Source of the DNA: an uncultured Gammaproteobacteria bacterium
Lineage (GTDB): Bacteria; Patescibacteriota; Microgenomatia; UBA10105; UBA927
DNA length: 60,820 bases
Reading direction: 5' to 3'
Assembly (NCBI GenBank): GCA_964430295.1
Contig: CAYSEV010000004.1
Location: forward strand, 1-60,820
How positions within the stretch are numbered: the stretch's first letter is position 1; each line of letters opens with the position of its first letter. This document shows positions 35,445 to 44,324 of this stretch, one piece after another. Under the pieces are notes generated by a model, which was not told the origin of the DNA, did no database searches, and saw only the letters and a program-made list of their open reading frames with translations. Both the position numbers and the translations under genes were made by a program.

Positions 35445-36311
35445 GTGAATGTTCTAATTGAATACCCCACACAGTGGAATACATACGAACTTATTGATTC
35501 AGGCGATGGTGAGAAGCTTGAGAGATTTGACACCTATATAATTGCAAGACCAGATCCCCGGGCGCTTTGGAATAAATCTCATCCTGAACTCTGGAACAAC
35601 GCGCATGCAGTGTTTACTCGCACTGATCCAAAAACTGGAACCTGGACTATCCGCCAAACCCCGCCAACTCCATGGCACATCCAATACAAATCACTTATAT
35701 TCACCCTTCGCCCTACAGAGTTCAAACATGTAGGTATATTTCCTGAGCAGGCATCAAATTGGGAATGGCTTATGCGCGTCATTAACCACAGGCCACTGCG
35801 AGTATTGAACCTATTTGCATATACGGGTGGCGCTACTATGGCTTGTTTATCTGCAGGAGCGAACGTCACCCATGTGGATGCTGCCAAAAGTACAATAACC
35901 TGGGCAAAAGAAAATATGATTGCGTCAAATCTGATTGATAAACCAGTACGCTTTATTGAGGATGATGCCTATAAATTTGTCATTCGTGAGGCAAAGCGCG
36001 GGAATGTCTATGATGGTATTATTTTGGATCCACCCCGATTTGGACGAGGATCCAAAGGTGAAGTATGGAAACTGGAAGAGCACCTTCCACTTCTTCTTGA
36101 TGCATGTAAACATATCCTTTCACCGGAGGCAGCATTTATATTACTGAATGCATATACATCAGATATTTCTTCCATAGTTCTTGACAGACTCATGAAGGAT
36201 CTAACCTCAGACATGCAGGGAACAATTGAAAGCGGAGAACTTATGTTAAAAGAATCCTCTACCGGAAACATGCTTCCTAATGGCATCTTTTCCCGATGGG
36301 TTAGACACTAG
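35445..36311 (+). CDS. class I SAM-dependent (RlmI/RlmK-like) methyltransferase
   Basis: 288-aa ORF with a GTG start, LNLFAYTGGATMA (motif I) and ILDPPRFGRG (motif IV). Confidence 0.75.
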   Translation: MNVLIEYPTQWNTYELIDSGDGEKLERFDTYIIARPDPRALWNKSHPELWNNAHAVFTRTDPKTGTWTIRQTPPTPWHIQYKSLIFTLRPTEFKHVGIFPEQASNWEWLMRVINHRPLRVLNLFAYTGGATMACLSAGANVTHVDAAKSTITWAKENMIASNLIDKPVRFIEDDAYKFVIREAKRGNVYDGIILDPPRFGRGSKGEVWKLEEHLPLLLDACKHILSPEAAFILLNAYTSDISSIVLDRLMKDLTSDMQGTIESGELMLKESSTGNMLPNGIFSRWVRH

Positions 36312-37017
36312 TAAGAAGTGCGGAGAACCTATTGAGTAATAAAATTCTCAACAATTTGTGTACGAGTATAAAACGTATTCGATTTGGGATAAACTCTTTT
36401 TTATAGATGCTTTGGCAAAGATCTATAATACTTCTTCTGAATACTAAAGCTATCCGTTCAATGAAACTGGAGTGACCCTTTACCCCATAAATTATTGATC
36501 CTACAACTCCGATTTCCCTAAACCCTTTTCCATGAACAATGGACTCGCTTGCCACTTTTCCGGCTCCATCCCATCCACAAAAGGCATCATGCATTGCGAT
36601 AATACCCCCATCAATTACAAATGGAGACCATAGCACATAATCCTCTTTTGCATGAGTATAGTCATGCAAACCATCTATAAACAGATATGAAATAGGTTTT
36701 TTCCAGGAAATTATCGCCTGTTTTGAAGTAGCAACAACTGGATGAACAAGTGACTGAATATGTGCACGACTAAGATGCGTAAGAAAAGATTTGTATGTTG
36801 GAGATAACGTCCCGCCACTCACATTGCCTTTATGAGGATCAACAGCAGTAACATGTACGCCTGCTTTTGCCAAAAATATTGTTGATTTACCTTGAAAACT
36901 GCCTATTTCTACAACAGTACCCGGGATATGTATGATGGATTTAGCAGATGAAAACAAAAATTTTCCTTCATGAGGTGTAAGCCAGCCGGGAATAGTATAT
37001 ATCCAATCTTCAATCAT
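36301..37017 (-). CDS. class I SAM-dependent methyltransferase (Methyltransf_24-like)
   Basis: 238-aa ORF with VVEIGSFQGKST and FIDGLHDY motifs. Confidence 0.65.
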   Translation of the reverse strand: MIEDWIYTIPGWLTPHEGKFLFSSAKSIIHIPGTVVEIGSFQGKSTIFLAKAGVHVTAVDPHKGNVSGGTLSPTYKSFLTHLSRAHIQSLVHPVVATSKQAIISWKKPISYLFIDGLHDYTHAKEDYVLWSPFVIDGGIIAMHDAFCGWDGAGKVASESIVHGKGFREIGVVGSIIYGVKGHSSFIERIALVFRRSIIDLCQSIYKKEFIPNRIRFILVHKLLRILLLNRFSALLTSV

Positions 37018-37745
37018 TTTTGTGCCACAATGATGAGATTTTTGCTTGATTCAGGAGTATAGTCAGAAAAATCATAATCGCCAAAATATGAAATAGTAGA
37101 GAAAGGAATCGTTGTAAGAGCTGCATGTACAACAGATTTTCTCATAGCGTTATAGGTAGTAGACGTAAACACATGTTCCATTACTTCCGGACCTTTTTTT
37201 ACATATAAAATATTAAACGTCATTGTATTCTCTGTATACTCGCAAACAAAATAGAATGCATCATTCTGATTCACTCTCGCAGGGATAAACTTTGGCTGAG
37301 CATCCAGCAAAGAATCTGTGATGCCGCTTGTGATAACCAGGATTCCCCCGGGATTTAACCTGTCATACATAGATTGAAGTGCTATCTTCAACTCATCATC
37401 TGTACGCATATATGGAAGGCTGGTTGTCAGGCAGACAACCATGTCATATGTATCATGCCAGGATTGTTCCAATGATCGAAAATCTTCTTTTTTGAGTGGT
37501 ATCGTAGTCCCCTGCAAGTTTAATTTTGCAACTCGAAGCATGTCTTCGGAGATATCTGAGCCAAATGGCTGTAAACCCATTTGATGGAACAATGCTAAAT
37601 GAATCCCAGTCCCACACGCACAATCCAATACTGTCGACACTCCATACGTACGAACCAACTCTTCAAAAAAAGGTTTTTGAAGATACACTTCGTCTTTTGG
37701 ATTAAGAATATCGTATATTTCAGCTAAAAGCGTATACTCTTCCAT
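37014..37745 (-). CDS. class I SAM-dependent methyltransferase
   Basis: 243-aa ORF with VLDCACGTGIH (motif I) and LNPGGILVI. 4-nt overlap with the downstream methyltransferase. Confidence 0.8.
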   Translation of the reverse strand: MEEYTLLAEIYDILNPKDEVYLQKPFFEELVRTYGVSTVLDCACGTGIHLALFHQMGLQPFGSDISEDMLRVAKLNLQGTTIPLKKEDFRSLEQSWHDTYDMVVCLTTSLPYMRTDDELKIALQSMYDRLNPGGILVITSGITDSLLDAQPKFIPARVNQNDAFYFVCEYTENTMTFNILYVKKGPEVMEHVFTSTTYNAMRKSVVHAALTTIPFSTISYFGDYDFSDYTPESSKNLIIVAQK

Positions 37746-37751
37746 ACAGCA

Positions 37752-38018
37752 TTATCGTACATCCCCATTCTCTTGTATTTTTTCGTCTTCGTACGGACCA
37801 ATAATATGCCGATATAACTCATGTGTTATCGCAGTCAAAACACCCAACGCACGATTAAAATGAAAATATTTTTTGGGATATACGGCTTTAATAACACGTG
37901 TCATTGCGTAATTCAGCGCACCATCCTGTTCTTCCATGGGGAGAGATGTCAGGTAGCTAATAAGCGGTTCGATGCTCGCATCAGTCTGTGGTCGTTGTTC
38001 TTGTTTTATATATGGCAT
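37752..38018 (-). CDS. conserved small hypothetical protein
   Basis: 88-aa ORF (MPYIKQEQRP...GALNYAMT...PYEDEKIQENGDV). The pattern seems familiar from phage and small-genome hypotheticals, but no family name can be supported. Confidence 0.5.
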   Translation of the reverse strand: MPYIKQEQRPQTDASIEPLISYLTSLPMEEQDGALNYAMTRVIKAVYPKKYFHFNRALGVLTAITHELYRHIIGPYEDEKIQENGDVR

Positions 38019-38041
38019 ATATCACCTCTTCCTATAGACTA

Positions 38042-38917
38042 TCATGAATGTTTTGAAATAACATCTATAATCTGCGAGTAGTCGCAGTCCGACAGCTGTG
38101 ATTCATCTGCCTTCGTATACATTTCTAATACATGAGATAGCGTCGTATATACATTCAGATGTTTTGCTTCTTTTGACGCGAGAGTGAGATCTTTACGCAT
38201 ATTTTTTATTGTAAAATTCATAGGATATATGTGAGTTACATAGTTTTGAATTTTTCGAGCCATGGCAAGGGAAACAGACGGCGTTGTCACGAGTGCCTTT
38301 GCGAGAACATCACGAGATAATCCCATATCATCAGCTAAGTTCATGCCTTCTGATAATGCCACAAGAGAACTCGCTATCAGAAAATTGTTTATCATCTTGA
38401 TAGCTTGTCCTGATCCTATATTTCCCATGTACTGTATATTATTTCCCATCGCTTCAAAGAGCGGATGAAGGATTGTATATATATCTTTAGAACCTCCAAC
38501 AAATATTGTAAGTTCTCCGCTTTGTGCACCATACGTCCCACCGGTAACCGGTGCATCTAGAAAGGATAATCCGTATGTCTTCAATTTTTTTCCAATAGAT
38601 ATGGCAGATGTTGGTCCAATAGTACTCATGTCGACAACCATGCGAGTTTTTCCTTTTATAGTGACAACACCATGCTGACCAAACAACACATCCTCCACAT
38701 CACGCGCTGCTGTCACCATTGTGATGATCACATCGCACAAAGATACAAGTTCTTTTGGAGATGTGACGACCTGAATACCGAGTCTTTTAAACTCTTCTGT
38801 TTTTGACGTGGATCGGTTATAAACAACAAGAGGAAATCCTGCCGCATGAATATGTTTTGCCATCGGACTTCCCATAAGTCCCAACCCAATAAACCCGACA
38901 GATAGTTTTGTATTCAT
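38042..38917 (-). CDS. NAD(P)-dependent 3-hydroxyisobutyrate/6-phosphogluconate dehydrogenase-like oxidoreductase
   Basis: 291-aa ORF with GFIGLGLMGSPMA (Rossmann fold) and a DAPVTGG motif. Confidence 0.85.
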   Translation of the reverse strand: MNTKLSVGFIGLGLMGSPMAKHIHAAGFPLVVYNRSTSKTEEFKRLGIQVVTSPKELVSLCDVIITMVTAARDVEDVLFGQHGVVTIKGKTRMVVDMSTIGPTSAISIGKKLKTYGLSFLDAPVTGGTYGAQSGELTIFVGGSKDIYTILHPLFEAMGNNIQYMGNIGSGQAIKMINNFLIASSLVALSEGMNLADDMGLSRDVLAKALVTTPSVSLAMARKIQNYVTHIYPMNFTIKNMRKDLTLASKEAKHLNVYTTLSHVLEMYTKADESQLSDCDYSQIIDVISKHS

Positions 38918-39744
38918 ACTACAAATTCCCCTTTCCGATGTATTTCATCAATAATGTTCTGTATCAATTCTGCGTAAGAATATTCCGGTAACTTGAGTGT
39001 TGAAAGAAGCTCACAGGAATCCATAAGAATTACTCCATGATCGCTTTTTTGTATGGGCTTCACAGATATTCCAAATGGTGAAAGAATGTCCGAACATACT
39101 GTATATCGACTGACTATTTCCTTTGACGCAACATGAATTGTATGTCCATACAGATTTTTATTCATAACCTCATGTATAGTTCCTGATAGTTGTGCAATAT
39201 AAGTGGGTTGAAATTTCCATTCGGTATCATATTTAACAGGTTTCCCCGCTTCTATTTGCGAGAGCATTCTATTAAATGAACGGTCACTTGTTGTGTTCGG
39301 ACTCATTCCTACGATAAGAGAAGGGCGCAGGATGCAGTACCTAAGCCCAGATGATTTCAATACTTCCTCCGATGCATATTTTGTTCTCCCATAGACCGTC
39401 GTATCATCAACAGCCGAAAATGAAGAAATATAGATAATAGCCGCATTCACTTCACTCGCCGCGCGAATAATATGATTCATCGATGTCTGATTAACGAGCA
39501 CGGCTTCTTTTGGGTGAGATTCACACCAGACAGGGTTCGCGTTGTTGGCGGAGTGAATAATAACATTCGGACTCAGTATTTTGATACGTGTAACCACGGA
39601 CTGTTCATCTGTAATATCAAGATGTGTGAATGTATTATTCAGATTATGCGTGGAGTACGTGCCAGTTAAGTTATATGAATCACGAAGATCCATATATACC
39701 CGTGCCCCCAAATAACTGCTTGCTCCAAGAAGTAATACGTTCAT
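38914..39744 (-). CDS. NAD-dependent sugar epimerase/reductase family protein (RmlD-like)
   Basis: 276-aa ORF with VLLLGASSYLGARV and YGRTK (YxxxK). Confidence 0.7.
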   Translation of the reverse strand: MNVLLLGASSYLGARVYMDLRDSYNLTGTYSTHNLNNTFTHLDITDEQSVVTRIKILSPNVIIHSANNANPVWCESHPKEAVLVNQTSMNHIIRAASEVNAAIIYISSFSAVDDTTVYGRTKYASEEVLKSSGLRYCILRPSLIVGMSPNTTSDRSFNRMLSQIEAGKPVKYDTEWKFQPTYIAQLSGTIHEVMNKNLYGHTIHVASKEIVSRYTVCSDILSPFGISVKPIQKSDHGVILMDSCELLSTLKLPEYSYAELIQNIIDEIHRKGEFVV

Positions 39745-39804
39745 GCAGACAGTATCTCACATACGTCGCTTTTTTCGAAATGGTATATAATTTCAAAAAC
39801 ACAT

Positions 39805-40311
39805 ATGAAAGGACTACTTTTGTCGATACTGCTCGCACTGAATATTGCACATAAGACAACGCCTGCACTATCAACACATGATGGTCATCCTGTGGTATTG
39901 GATTTTAATACACCAACCCCAACTCCTTCGTTTACGCCTACACCGACATACACACCAACCCCAACTCCTTCGTTTACGCCTACACCGACAAACTCCCCTA
40001 CTCCTACACCTATGAATATAACATCCGCACAATTGGATGAATGGTTTACAACATATGCAAATCACTACAGTGTAGATAGGCAAAAACTCTGGAATATAGC
40101 AGCGTGTGAAACAGGACTTCGAACAAATGCGACTAATTGGATATATGCCGGCATGTATCAGTTTTCTCCGAATACATGGACCGCAAATCGTAAACTGATG
40201 GGCATGGACACGAACCCTGACTTGCGGTTTAACGCTGAGGAGTCTATTCGCACCGCAGCATTTGTATTGTCTACCCGTGGCCCTAGCGCATGGCCGACAT
40301 GTGCAAAATAA
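39805..40311 (+). CDS. secreted transglycosylase-like (Rpf/SLT-type) protein with Pro/Thr linker
   Basis: 168-aa ORF with a signal peptide, a (T/S)P-rich linker, then NIAACETG...YAGMYQFSPNTW, resembling transglycosylase-like domains with a catalytic Glu. Confidence 0.65.
   Translation: MKGLLLSILLALNIAHKTTPALSTHDGHPVVLDFNTPTPTPSFTPTPTYTPTPTPSFTPTPTNSPTPTPMNITSAQLDEWFTTYANHYSVDRQKLWNIAACETGLRTNATNWIYAGMYQFSPNTWTANRKLMGMDTNPDLRFNAEESIRTAAFVLSTRGPSAWPTCAK
39910..39990 (+). repeat. two perfect 39-nt copies at a 42-nt period inside the Pro/Thr linker
   Basis: ACACCAACCCCAACTCCTTCGTTTACGCCTACACCGACA occurs at 39910-39948 and again at 39952-39990. Confidence 0.9.
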
Positions 40312-40333
40312 AAAAGTACGATACAATACCGTT

Positions 40334-40882
40334 ATGCATATTGAGGCTGTGGCAGTTACTTCAAAAGATGGAAAATTAGCTGATAATAAAGGCGATGCAT
40401 ATTCTTGGGTTTCACCTGAAGATCAGCAGTTATTTACAGAAATTAAATCCGGTTATTCACTTATAGTTATGGGAAGAAAAACCTATGAGGCAATAAAAGG
40501 ACAATTACGTCTATCTCCGGAGATTCTTCGAATTGTTCTCACGCATACACCTCAACAATATGAATCTGATATGATACCAAATGAACTAGAATTTATATCT
40601 GCTGAACCAATACCTCTTGTAGAAGCCATGGAACAAAGGGGATATACATCTATGCTTATTGCAGGTGGTTCACAGGTTTATACCGAATTCGCTCAGACAG
40701 GCTTAATCAATAGGTTTCATGTTACTGTAGAGCCCGTTATATTAGGCGAGGGACTTCCTCTCGCAGATCACTTAGATCTGGAAACGCATGCAAATGTAAT
40801 CGAGCGCACACAATTAAATACAAAAGGAACAGTTCATACCGTATACGAGTTCAACACATACTATGCAAATCAAGACAATTAA
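40334..40882 (+). CDS. RibD C-terminal domain / dihydrofolate-reductase-like protein (second copy)
   Basis: Start at the ATG at 40334 (MHIEAVAVTSKDGKLAD). Also has MGRKTYE and LIAGGSQVY motifs. The longer track ORF overlaps the previous gene. Confidence 0.7.
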   Translation: MHIEAVAVTSKDGKLADNKGDAYSWVSPEDQQLFTEIKSGYSLIVMGRKTYEAIKGQLRLSPEILRIVLTHTPQQYESDMIPNELEFISAEPIPLVEAMEQRGYTSMLIAGGSQVYTEFAQTGLINRFHVTVEPVILGEGLPLADHLDLETHANVIERTQLNTKGTVHTVYEFNTYYANQDN

Positions 40883-41609
40883 AACAGAAAAAATTAGACC
40901 AAATCAGACATCTATAGAACAGTTACTTGATGCATATTTTACAACTATTTCTGAGGATACTATCATTGTCATTACTTCAAAAATCGTTTCACTTTGTGAA
41001 GGAAATACGAGTATAAAAGGTGATCGATCAAAAAATATACTTGCAATGAGTGAAGCAGATTATTATATAGATCCATCCCAAAACAAATATGATGTCACAC
41101 TAACAATAAAAAATAATCAGCTTATACCGTCTGCTGGTATAGATGAATCGAATGGAGATGGACATGTCATCTTTTGGCCAAAAAATCCACAAGTATCTGC
41201 AAACACCGCGCGCGAATATCTTTGTAAAAAATTCCCCAATACACATATAGGTGTTATCATTACAGACAGCAGAACTACCCCACTTCGTTGGGGCACAACC
41301 GGAACATCTATAGCACATAGCGGATTTTCTGCACTGAATGATTTCATCGGTAAGCCGGATGTATTTGGCAAGCCACTAACTATGACAAAAGTGAATGTTG
41401 CAGATGCACTCGCAACAGCCGCTGTTGTAGTCATGGGAGAATCAAACGAACAGACACCGTTGGCATATATAACCGATGTACCCTTTGTTGAATTCCAGGA
41501 TAGAAATCCAACCCCAACTGAGTTAGGTAGTTTATCTATTGCTATAGAGGATGATATTTACGCACCACTTCTGACATCTGTGGAATGGAAAAAGAAAAGA
41601 TCTTCTTAA
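40863..41609 (+). CDS. CofE-like F420-0:gamma-glutamyl ligase family protein (putative folate-type gamma-glutamate ligase)
   Basis: 248-aa ORF with ITSKIVSLCEG, SAGIDESN and VIITDSRTTPLRWGTTG motifs. 20-nt overlap with the upstream reductase-like gene. Confidence 0.7.
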   Translation: MQIKTIKTEKIRPNQTSIEQLLDAYFTTISEDTIIVITSKIVSLCEGNTSIKGDRSKNILAMSEADYYIDPSQNKYDVTLTIKNNQLIPSAGIDESNGDGHVIFWPKNPQVSANTAREYLCKKFPNTHIGVIITDSRTTPLRWGTTGTSIAHSGFSALNDFIGKPDVFGKPLTMTKVNVADALATAAVVVMGESNEQTPLAYITDVPFVEFQDRNPTPTELGSLSIAIEDDIYAPLLTSVEWKKKRSS

Positions 41610-42155
41610 CTATTTTTTCTTTAGTTTCGTCGCATATCGTTCTTTGAGGTGAGCAATTTTTGGAGATATAACGACCTGACAATATGGTTGGTATGAATTT
41701 TTTTCATAATATGATTGATGATAGGATTCTGCCGGATAAAATACGTCAAGTTTTTTTACTTCTGTGACAATAGGAGATTTAAATTCGCCAGATACATTCA
41801 ATTCCTGTAACATTTTTTCGATAATCTGCTGCTGCGTTTGTGATGTATATAGAACAATAGATCGATACTGTGTTCCTTCATCTGCTCCTTGTCGATTGAG
41901 AGTTGTCGGATCATGTGTATGGAAAAAAATAAGCAATAGGTCTGAAAGTGGAATAAGCGATGGATCAAATTCAACTTTTGCAACTTCAGCATGTCCTGTA
42001 CGACCAGTACATACCTGTTCATATGTTGGATTTGGCACAGATCCCCCAGCATATCCGGGTGTAACTGATGCAACCCCAGTCAACTGAGTAAGAACAGCTT
42101 CAACACACCAGAAGCACCCACCACCTAACACGATCGTCTCATTATTTTTCAGCAT
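41610..42155 (-). CDS. msrA: peptide methionine (S)-sulfoxide reductase MsrA
   Basis: 181-aa ORF with GGGCFWC and GHAEVV-like motifs. Confidence 0.93.
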   Translation of the reverse strand: MLKNNETIVLGGGCFWCVEAVLTQLTGVASVTPGYAGGSVPNPTYEQVCTGRTGHAEVAKVEFDPSLIPLSDLLLIFFHTHDPTTLNRQGADEGTQYRSIVLYTSQTQQQIIEKMLQELNVSGEFKSPIVTEVKKLDVFYPAESYHQSYYEKNSYQPYCQVVISPKIAHLKERYATKLKKK

Positions 42156-42513
42156 GTTTAGGGATAAATTTAAGTGATAACGAATTCACACAATGCCGTG
42201 TATTTTTAGGAGTAAATCTCTCTCCTTCAAATACATGTCCTAAATGCCCATCGCAAACAGCACACGTGATTTCAATTCTCCTACCATCACTATCTACTGT
42301 CCGTTTTACGTTTCCTATTATTTCCTGATCAAAACTAGGCCATCCACATCCAGAATGGAATTTTGAATCAGATGTATACAGAGGTGTATTACATTGCCGG
42401 CACACGTATGTGCCTTCAACAAAAAAGTTCTCATATTCTCCGCTAAATGGAGGTTCCGTTTGTTTTTTTAGGAGAATATCAGATTCTTCTTTTGTGAGTT
42501 TGTTATATACCAT
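42142..42513 (-). CDS. msrB: peptide methionine (R)-sulfoxide reductase MsrB
   Basis: 123-aa ORF with two CxxC zinc motifs, GHLGHVF and RHCVNS. Confidence 0.93.
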   Translation of the reverse strand: MVYNKLTKEESDILLKKQTEPPFSGEYENFFVEGTYVCRQCNTPLYTSDSKFHSGCGWPSFDQEIIGNVKRTVDSDGRRIEITCAVCDGHLGHVFEGERFTPKNTRHCVNSLSLKFIPKHAEK

Positions 42514-42550
42514 ACAGTATTAGTATAGCAGGATATATACACTGGCAGTA

Positions 42551-42581
42551 TTCAGGTTATTTTCAGGTAACATCATATAAT
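42551..42581 (+). promoter_or_regulatory. direct repeats TTCAG-N6-TTCAG 9 nt upstream of TATAAT (response-regulator box plus -10)
   Basis: TTCAGGTTATTTTCAGGT at 42551-42568 and TATAAT at 42576-42581. The ATG at 42589 follows 7 nt later. Confidence 0.55.
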
Positions 42582-42588
42582 ACATAGT

Positions 42589-43263
42589 ATGAGAGTATTG
42601 GTCATCGAGGATGAACATAGAATCGCCGCATCGATTAAAAAAGGATTAGAACTAGAAACATACGCAGTGGATACTGCATACGATGGTGTAGAGGGATACG
42701 ATTTAGCTATGTCCGAGGAATATGATGCGATTGTCCTGGATCTGATGATTCCGGGATTAGATGGTATATCTGTATGCAAACAGCTACGCCAAAACGGCAA
42801 TCACGTCCCTATTATCATGCTCACCGCAAAAGGACAAACGCAGGATAAGGTACTAGGTTTAAACTCCGGAGCAGATGATTACCTTACGAAACCTTTTGCA
42901 TTTGAAGAACTCATAGCACGTATTCGAGCACTTATTAGACGCCCTAAGCAAACGGCAACAAATATCCTCACGATCGGGACACTATCATTAAATACAACAA
43001 CATTTGAAGTAAAACGAAGTGGCACTACCATCCAGGTGTCCAGTAAAGAATTTTCACTTCTCGAGTATCTTATACGACATGCGAATACAGTGCTAACAAA
43101 AACCCAAATCATATCACATGTATGGGATTATGATGCAGATATTCTCCCTAATACTGTTGAGGTGTACATAAAAAATTTACGATCAAAAATCGATGCCCCT
43201 TTTCCAAAAGAAAAACCTTTATTACAGACGGTGAGAGGATTTGGGTATAAAATCTCACTATAA
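42589..43263 (+). CDS. OmpR/PhoB-family response regulator
   Basis: 224-aa ORF with a receiver domain (VLDLMIPGLDG) and a winged-helix output domain (TVRGFGYKI). Confidence 0.93.
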   Translation: MRVLVIEDEHRIAASIKKGLELETYAVDTAYDGVEGYDLAMSEEYDAIVLDLMIPGLDGISVCKQLRQNGNHVPIIMLTAKGQTQDKVLGLNSGADDYLTKPFAFEELIARIRALIRRPKQTATNILTIGTLSLNTTTFEVKRSGTTIQVSSKEFSLLEYLIRHANTVLTKTQIISHVWDYDADILPNTVEVYIKNLRSKIDAPFPKEKPLLQTVRGFGYKISL

Positions 43264-43265
43264 CT

Positions 43266-44282
43266 ATGTTTCAATCAGCACGTCTTAAACTAACAGCATG
43301 GTACCTATTGATAATCATGTGTGTCAGTTTTGCTTTCAGTGCTGTTATATATACATTTTTATCACGAGAAGTTGAGAGGTTCGCGAGGGTGCAAAGACTA
43401 CGAATTGAACGGCAACGTACTCCTTTTAGCATTATTCCACCTCAAAATGAACCTGAAATTCCCTATGACCCTGATCTTATAAATGAGACGAAATATAGAA
43501 TTCTTTATACACTCATCCTTATAAATGGAGGCATTATAGCCATAGCCGGTGGATTGGGATATGTTCTGGCGGGAAGGACACTGCGACCTATTCAGGAAAT
43601 GGTCGATGAACAGCATCGGTTTATTCAAGATGCCTCACATGAACTGAGGACACCTCTTACATCATTGAAAAGTTCACTGGAGGTAAGCCTTCGGGACAAG
43701 CATGCGACGCTAAAGGAACTTAAACAAACGATTCGTGATGGCATTATTGACACAGATAGACTGCAACTGCTTACTGATGCACTCCTTAAGCTCGCACAAT
43801 ATGAAACTGCAGGAAGCTATATTCAAAAAGAACATGTATTAATGAATGATATAGTAAATAAAGCAGTTACAACTATTGCCTCTATCGCAAAGGCAAAAAA
43901 AATACACATAGAAACTACGCATGCAGCCGGATCTATATATGCGCATCAAGAAAGCATGATTGAACTGTTAGGGATACTCCTGGAAAATGCCATCAAATAT
44001 AGTCCAGAAGGCAGCACTGTCACAATAGATACTCAAGAATTTGAAAAATATGTACACGTCTCTGTTTCCGATCAGGGCATAGGAATAGATCCAAAGGATC
44101 AACCGTATATTTTTGATAGATTCTATAGAGCTGATACGGCAAGAACAAAAAATGGAGCTTCAGGATATGGGTTAGGGCTTTCCATTGCAAAACATCTTGC
44201 CCAGATTCATAATGGGACCATTGATGTAAAAAGCGAACTCACAAAAGGGTCAACATTTACAATCACGATACCGTCTGTTTGA
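43266..44282 (+). CDS. membrane sensor histidine kinase
   Basis: 338-aa ORF with two TM segments, H-box SHELRTPLT, N box ENAIKYSP, and G boxes DQGIGI and GYGLGLSIA. Confidence 0.92.
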   Translation: MFQSARLKLTAWYLLIIMCVSFAFSAVIYTFLSREVERFARVQRLRIERQRTPFSIIPPQNEPEIPYDPDLINETKYRILYTLILINGGIIAIAGGLGYVLAGRTLRPIQEMVDEQHRFIQDASHELRTPLTSLKSSLEVSLRDKHATLKELKQTIRDGIIDTDRLQLLTDALLKLAQYETAGSYIQKEHVLMNDIVNKAVTTIASIAKAKKIHIETTHAAGSIYAHQESMIELLGILLENAIKYSPEGSTVTIDTQEFEKYVHVSVSDQGIGIDPKDQPYIFDRFYRADTARTKNGASGYGLGLSIAKHLAQIHNGTIDVKSELTKGSTFTITIPSV

Positions 44283-44283
44283 T

Positions 44284-44315
44284 TTCAGGTGACTTTCAGT
44301 TTTCGTACGTACAAT
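44284..44315 (+). promoter_or_regulatory. second TTCAG-N6-TTCAG box 10 nt upstream of TACAAT
   Basis: TTCAGGTGACTTTCAG at 44284-44299 and TACAAT at 44310-44315. The ATG at 44325 follows 9 nt later. Confidence 0.55.
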
Positions 44316-44324
44316 ACTATATAT

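Noticed and set aside
39871-40326. 151-aa Cys/Arg-rich minus-strand ORF
   Set aside because: It is the antisense translation of the Pro/Thr-repeat region of the secreted transglycosylase-like gene. Its repeat-driven composition is not a real Cys-rich protein.
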